From Eledone cirrhosa (lineage: Eukaryota): 64,000 nucleotides of DNA. The first letter of the stretch is position 1, and each line of letters begins with the position of its first letter. The notes under the pieces were generated by a model. It had not been told where the DNA came from. It saw only the letters and a program-made list of their open reading frames with translations, and did not search any database. Where the stretch lies: contig OZ024765.1 of NCBI GenBank assembly GCA_964016885.1, positions 6,200,001 through 6,264,000 of the forward strand, given 5' to 3'. Position numbers and translations under genes: made by a program. Shown piece by piece: positions 56,598 through 64,000 of the stretch.

Positions 56598-58352
56598 ATA
56601 TCTTACACACATACATACATACTCTCACACACACACCTCTCTTTCTCACACACACATACTCTCTCTCTCTATCTATATCTTACACACATACTCTCACTCT
56701 CCCATACACACCTCTCTTTCTCTCACACACACATACTCTCTCTATATATCTTACACACACACACTCTGTCTCTCCCTCTCTCTTTCTCTTACACACTGTC
56801 TCTCACACACACACACACACACAAACACTCTCTCGTTCTCTTACACACACTCTCTCTGTCTCACACACACACACACTCAGTCTTTCTCTCTCTCTCACAC
56901 ACACACACCCTCTCTCTCTCTCAGTTATCGAATTCTTATTTATTTTGTTCACATCGCTACTTCGTTTCATCTTCTCCTCCTCCCCCTGCTTCTCACATGT
57001 ATCTCCCCCACCCCACCGTCGCCTCCTTCACTTCATTTCTTCTTTAACCCCCCCCCCCCTCATCATATTCTTCTCAATTCCGTCTTTGATCACCCTCATC
57101 CTCCCACCCCCATCCCTATTACTCCCATCTCAAATCTTGCCCCCTTCCTCCTCCCTCTGATTACGCCACTATTTCCTCACACCTTCACTCTTTCTCTCTC
57201 TCTTGCTATACACACTCTCAATCACCCCTCTCCCCCTCTCTTTCTCCGTCTATCTATCGCTCTCTCTATCTCCATCTATCTCTATCGCTCTCTTTCTCCT
57301 CTCTCTCTTCCTTCCTACAACGTCTCTCTCTCTCTCTCCTTTCTTACAGCCTCTTTCTCTCTCTTCCTTCCTCCAACGTCTCTCTCTCCTTTCTTACAGC
57401 CTCTTTCTCTCTCTTCCTTCCTACAACGTCTCTCTCTCTCTCCTTTCTTACAGCATCTTTCTCTTTCTCTCTCTCCTTTCTTACAGCCTCTTTCTCTCTC
57501 TCTCTCTCCTTTCTTACAGCCTCTTTCTCTCTCTTCCTTCCTACAACGTCTCTCTCTCTCTCCTTTCTTATAGCCTCTTTCTCTCTCTTCCTTCCTACAA
57601 CGTCTCTCTCTCTCTCCTTTCTTACAGCCTCTTTCTCTCTTCCTTCCTACAACTTCTCTGTCCTTTCTTACAGCATCTTTCTCTCTTCCTTCCTACAACG
57701 TCTCTCTCTCTCTCTCTCTCTCTCCTTTCTTACAGCATCTTTCTCTCTTCCTTCCTACACCGTCTCTCTCTCTCTCTCCTTTCTTACAGCCTCTTTCTCT
57801 CTCTTCCTTCCTACAACGTCTCTCTCTCCTTTCTTACAGCCTCTTTCTCTCTCCCTTCCTACAACGTCTCTCCTTTCTTACAGCCTCTTTCTCTCTTCCT
57901 TCCTACGTCTCTCTCTCTCTTCATTCCTACAACGTCTCTCTCTCACCTTTCTCTCTCTTCCTTCCTACAACGTCTCTCTCTCTCCTTTCTTACAGCCTCT
58001 TTCTCTCTCTTCCTTCCTACAACGTCTCTCTCTCCTTTCTTACAGCCTCTTTCTCTCTCTTCCTTCTTGCAACGTCTCTCTCTCTCTCCTTTCTTACAGC
58101 CTCTTTCTTTCTTCCTTCCTACAACGCCTCTCTTTCTCTCTCCTTTCTTACAGCCTCTTTCTCTCTCTTCCTTCCTACAACGTCTCTCTCTCTCTCCTTT
58201 CTTACAGCCTCTTTCTCTCTCTTCCTTCCTACAACGTCTCTCTCTCTCTCCTTTCTTACAGCCTCTTTCTCTCTCTTCCATCCTACAACGTCTCTCTCTC
58301 TCTCCTTTCTTCCTTTCTCTCTCTTCCTTCCTACAACGCCTCTCTCTCTCTC
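54590..58352. repeat. Adjacent compound satellites: TAAGTATG(TA)n(TG)n, CT/CA mix, and a ~50-bp pyrimidine-rich unit (57290-58350)
   Basis: Direct inspection. Confidence 0.93.
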
Positions 58353-59770
58353 TCCAAAGAAACTTTCGCTGTCCGAATACCGAATATGGCGAGTGGGGCA
58401 GACGAAAATTTCAATGAAACGTGACTATCTTCTTAAGTTGAAGACTGAAACTCCCTTTAGCAGGGACGGGGACAGGGGAAGGAGAGCTGGGGGTGTTCAG
58501 GTTTGACAAAAACAAGCAAGGGAGATAACTTCTATAGACTTGGTTGATACAACATTTGTAAAAGCATTTCAGACAGACGTGTGGATGTAGATATGCATAT
58601 ATCATCATCATCATTTCATTTTACGTCTACTTCTCCCTGCTTGCAAGGGTGGGACGGGAACTGATTCTGGCTTCATTTCTACAGCTGGATGCCCTTCCTA
58701 ACACCAACCTCATTTACAGTGAGTGCTGGGTGCTTTTTTGCTGTGGCACCTCCACGACCACTTTGCAGTGGAATGATATGGACCCCAGTCCCTATCATCT
58801 CATTTCTACAGCTAAGTAAACTGGAGCAATGTGAAATAAAGTGTCTTGCTCAAGGAAACAACACATCACCCGGTCTGAGAATTGAACTCACAACCTTTCG
58901 ATCGCAAGGCCAATGCTCTAACCACTAAGCCATGTGATATACATATGTATATGCAGAGGTCATATTTAATTTTAAAAAATTTATAACTGATATAGAGCAC
59001 TCAACAGTTTGATCTTTTCTTCTTTTCGTGTTATAGCTGCTGTCGCTCAGAGTGGGATTGGTTCAGTGCACAGTCTTTCCTCACTTTAAAAAATATCTTC
59101 ATGCACAGGCATTGCACGATAGGATTAATTAATTGTTTCTACATTAGGCACAAGGCCAGCAATTACCCAGTGCATTACTGGTACTTTATTTTATCGACCC
59201 CGTAAGGATGAAAAGTAAAGTCAACCTCGGCGGGATTTGAACTCAGATCATAAAGGGACGTAACTATGCTGGAAAGCATGGCGCCCGACCCTCCACTGAT
59301 ACTGCCAATCCACCGCACGATAGGATTAATTAATAATTATTAATAATGGTACATCATGCAATGGCCATACTCGATAATGAGTGGGCACCCATCATGTATA
59401 TACATATATATAGATATATATATATATATCTATATATATATACATACATACATAGAAATATGTGTGGATGTATATATCATCATCATCATTTAACGTCTAT
59501 CTTCCACGCTAGCATGGGTTAGACCATATATATATACCTTGTGTGCATTTGTGAGTATATAATAAAAAAAATAATAATGAGATTATTGTGTAAAGTGCTC
59601 AGGTGCACTACAACTCATCAAAGTTGCATGTATAGTACATAGAATAATATACAAATGTCAGGGAAGTGAATAGTGTATGAGTCATGATATACATATGTGT
59701 ATGTGTATGTATATATATATATATATATGTATTCATATACGTTTGTATGTATATGTGCGTGTGTGGGTGT

Positions 59771-59848
<78 letters not shown>

Positions 59849-59849
59849 C

Positions 59850-61590
59850 TCATCATTTAACGTCCATTTTTCCAGCTAGCATGGGTTAGACGAGTTGCCC
59901 TGTTGTGAGCAATGCCAAGTCAGGTGACCATCTCTTGCTTGTACAGAACTGTTTCTGACTTGGTTTCTACAGCTGAATTGCATTCCTGGTGCCAACCTCA
60001 TTTACAGTGTGGACTGGATGCTTTTTGTCGGGACACCTACACGACCATTTTACAGTGTGGACTGGGTGCTTTTTGTTGTGACACCTACGTGACCACTTTA
60101 CAGTGTGGACTGGGTGCTTTTTGTTGTGACAGCTACATGACCACTTTACAGTGTGGACTGGGTGCTTTTTGTTGTGACAGCTACATGACCACTTTACAGT
60201 GTGGACTGGGTGATTTTAGTTGTGACACCTACATGACCATTTTACAGTGTGGACTGGGTGCTTTTTGTTGTGACACCTACACGACCATTTTACAGTGTGG
60301 ACTGGGTACTTTTTGTTGTGACAGCTACATGACCACTTTACAGTGTGGACTGGGTGCTTTTTGTTGTGACAGCTACATGACCACTTTACAGTGTGGACTG
60401 GGTGATTTTAGTTGTGACACCTACATGACCACTTTACAGTGTGGACTGGGTGCTTTTTGTTGTGACACCTACATGACCATTTTACAGTGTGGACTGGGTG
60501 CTTTTTGTTGTGACACCTACATGACCACTTTACAGTGTGGACTGGGTGATTTTAGTTGTGACACCTACATGACCACTTTACAGTGTGGACTGGGTGCTTT
60601 TTGTTGTGACACCTACATGACCACTTTACAGTGTGGACTGGGTGCTTTTTGTTGTGACACCTACATGACCACTTTACAGTGTGGACTGGGTGCTTTTTGT
60701 TGTGACACCTACATGACCATTTTACAGTGTGGACTGGGTGCTTTTTGTTGTGACACCTACATGACCACTTTACAGTGTGGACTGGGTGCTTGTTATCATG
60801 ACACCTACATGACCACTTTACAGTGTGGACTGGGTGCTTTTTGTTGTGACACCTACATGACCATTTTACAGTGTGGACTGGGTGCTTTTTGTTGTGACAC
60901 CTACATGACCACTTTACAGTGTGGACTGGGTGCTTTTTGTTGTGACACCTACATGACCATTTTACAGTGTGGACTGGGTGCTTGTTATCATGACACCTAC
61001 ATGACCACTTTACAGTGTGGACTGGGTGCTTTTTGTTGTGACACCTACATGACCACTTTACAGTGTGGACTGGGTGCTTGTTATCATGACACCTACATGA
61101 CCACTTTACAGTGTGGACTGGGTGCTTTTTGTTGTGACACCTACATGACCATTTTACAGTGTGGACTGGGTGCTTGTTATCATGACACCTACATGACCAC
61201 TTTACAGTGTGGACTGGGTGCTTTTTGTTGTGACACCTACATGACCATTTTACAGTGTGGACTGGGTGCTTGTTATCATGACACCTACATGACCATTTTA
61301 CAGTGTGGACTGGGTGCTTGTTATCATGACACCTACATGACCACTTTACAGTGTGGACTGGGTGCTTTTTGTTGTGACACCTACATGACCATTTTACAGT
61401 GTGGACTGGGTGCTTGTTATCATGACACCTACATGACCATTTTACAGTGTGGACTGGGTGCTTGTTATCATGACACCTACATGACCACTTTACAGTGTGG
61501 ACTGGGTGCTTTTTGTTGTGACACCTACATGACCACTTTACAGTGTGGACTGGGTGCTTTGTGATACCAAGATAACTTTACAGTGTAAGG
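59850..61590 (-). mobile_element. RTE-tailed element carrying ~32 tandem 48-bp units
   Basis: Same architecture as 19795-23340, opposite strand. Confidence 0.88.
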
Positions 61591-62506
61591 GTGGTGTGGC
61601 CAGAAGTGGGAGGAAGGTGTAGGAGGTGGGGTGTATGTTTGGGCCCATGTGCAAGGGAGGGCAGTAATAAATAAAAATCCTTTCACTTTTCAGGAATAAA
61701 AAATTTGTTTCCAACACCGTTGCCCCTTCCCCTACCCTCACTCTGCCATTAGCCACCGCCACCATCATCAAGAACATCACTACCATCACTATTGTAAACA
61801 TCATCACCAACACCATCACCACCACCACCACCATTATCACAAATGGCACCACTATCGCCAACACCACCACCACCATCAACATCACTACTACCACAAAAAA
61901 CGCAACACCACCACCATCAACATCACTACTACCACCGCCACCATTATCACTACCACCACCACAACCATCACCACCACCACTACCACTATCAACACCACCA
62001 CCACCACCACCATAAACACCACCATTACCACCATCAACATCACCACCACTATCAACACCGCCACCACCACCATCAACATCACCACCACCACCACCATCAA
62101 CATCACCACCACCACCACCACCACCTCCACCATCAACTCTTTTGAGGAGTGGAGGAAGAAGCGGGAAGAGGGGGGGGGGGGGGCTGTGTTTGGCAAATTC
62201 CAGTATTTGTCATTGAAAGAGAAAAAACCTAAGAATAGACCATCCAGCGAACCACCCATTCAATAAATAGCACCAAAACAACAACAGCAACAACACATTA
62301 CATCATTTGCTATTAACAACAACAACACTTTAGCCCTTATTGTTGTTGTTGTTGTTGTTGCATACATTGATAGTTTATTTTGGGCGTCAACCCTTTCATT
62401 ATTATCACCATATTTCTACTGAGAGACACTGACTGTGATTTTCAAATAATTTTGAAAAATAATCAAGAATTTGGAGGGATTTAGCAAATGAATTAACTTT
62501 CTCGTT

Positions 62507-63090
62507 ATTAACCCTTTCATTACCATATTTCTAATGAAAGACACTGCTTATGTCTTTAACCCTTTCATAACCATATTTCTAATGAAAGACACTGTCTATG
62601 TCTTTAACCCTTTCATTACCATATTTCTATTGAAAGATACTGTCTATGTCTTTAACCCTTTCATTACCATATTTCTAATGAAAGACACTGTCTATGTCAT
62701 TAACCCTTTCATTACCATATTTCTAATGAAAGACACAGTCTATGTCTTTAACCCTTTCATTACCATATTTCTAATGAAAGACACAGTCTATGTCATTAAC
62801 CCTTCCATTACCATATTTCTAATGAAAGACACAGTCTATGTCATTAACCCTTTCATTACCATATTTCTAATGAAAGACACTGTCTATGTCTTTAACCCTT
62901 TCATTACCATATTTCTAATGAAAGACACTGTCTATGTCTTTAACCCTTTCATTACCATATTTCTAATGAAAGACACTGTCTATGTCTTTAACTCTTTTAT
63001 TACCATATTTCTAATGAAAGACACTGCTTATGTCATTAACCCTTTCATTACCATATTTCTAATGAAAGACACTGTCTATGTCTTTAAATG
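62507..63090 (+). repeat. 48-bp TTAACCCTTT minisatellite, ~12 units
   Basis: Same unit as 1590-2055. Confidence 0.9.
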
Positions 63091-63405
63091 TAAGAAGCAA
63101 AGAAAATTTCAATGATACGAAAGATTTCCTGGTGGAAGTTCAGGTGTACTCTAGGTTGGTATTCAGTTTTGGGGTGAAAGTCCAATTAGAAAATCCAACG
63201 AATTTTGAGAGGTCCACCTAAGCGTTGATATATATATATATATGTGTGTATGCAAAAGGTAAACAGAAATAACAACACAATCGGTAGAGTATATGGAAGG
63301 GATATATTAGGTTATTGGAAAAGTAAAAAAACAAAAACAATAACAAGGAGTGCAGTTACAAACAGTGTTGGTATTAGGTTCACGCTTGAGAGTGTGGGAG
63401 GGGGG

Positions 63406-63434
63406 TGACGTTTCGGGCATAAGCCCTTCATCAG
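63406..63434 (-). ncRNA. Minimal hammerhead core (family E)
   Basis: CTGATGA-A-GGGC-TTAT-GCCC-GAAACGTC; stem I not evident. Confidence 0.65.
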
Positions 63435-63787
63435 GAGACAGGTGGGAAGGAAAAGAGTTCAGAGAGGGTGTGAGGGGAGAAGTGGTGGAAAGACATTAAA
63501 ATAAAAGGAAAAAAATTAAAATGAAAACAAATGGTGAAAGGGTGTGAGGCATGTAGAGGTGGTGGTGGGTGGATGGAGAGGGGGGGAGAAGGAAATAGGG
63601 GGTCCGAGCAGGGAGGGTGGACGGTGGTGTGTGTGTGTGTAGGTGTACGTGTGTGTGTGTGTTTATGCGTAGATGTGAGTGTGAGTGTTTGGGGGAGAAC
63701 GGGGCTCCATGCTCAGAAATAACAAGAGTATCGGCACAGTATATAGAAGGAATATATTAGTATAACCTTTGAAATAGCAGGAAGAGA

Positions 63788-63822
63788 GTCTTAACGTTTC
63801 GGACGCTAGTCCTTCATCAGAG
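63788..63822 (-). ncRNA. Minimal hammerhead core (family D)
   Basis: CTGATGA-A-GGAC-TAGC-GTCC-GAAACGTT-AAGA; palindromic AACGTT stem III; stem I has one mismatch. Confidence 0.7.
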
Positions 63823-64000
63823 GAAAGAATGAGAAATTAGAAAGATTGAAGGGACAGGCAGGGCGGAATCAGAAAAAATGTTTTTAGAGAAAAATAACAG
63901 GTCCATTCATGTTACCATCCCTTGGAAAACTGTTGATGCTAGCGTTTCATGTATGATATACTTTTTTAAAAAAGGGATATATGTGTGTGTGTGTATGTGT

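Overview
Eukaryotic, AT-rich, microsatellite- and TE-dense DNA. The SINE/RTE repertoire looks cephalopod (octopus-like); this is an inference. The only well-supported host gene is the 5' end of an erg-type (KCNH2/6/7-like) potassium channel on the minus strand. Coding exon 1 (46790-46715, 76 nt, not annotated in the ORF track) and PAS-domain exon 2 (8081-7851, 231 nt) are separated by a ~38.6 kb intron. The rest is two tRNA-derived SINE families, an RTE-tailed non-autonomous element with hyper-expanding 48-bp units, RTE and R4/NeSL LINE fragments, piggyBac-type MITEs, a Helitron helicase fragment, and many mini/microsatellites. The most striking unannotated signal is more than a dozen hammerhead-ribozyme-like cores from several unrelated sequence families. 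Many sit inside long fold-back palindromes with a one-sided tail ending in (TA)n, a Penelope-like pLTR/retrozyme-type architecture. Also found: a BBS9-like exon split by a SINE, and a minisatellite built from the channel's own exon-2 splice donor. Nearly all long ORFs in the track are repeat artefacts.
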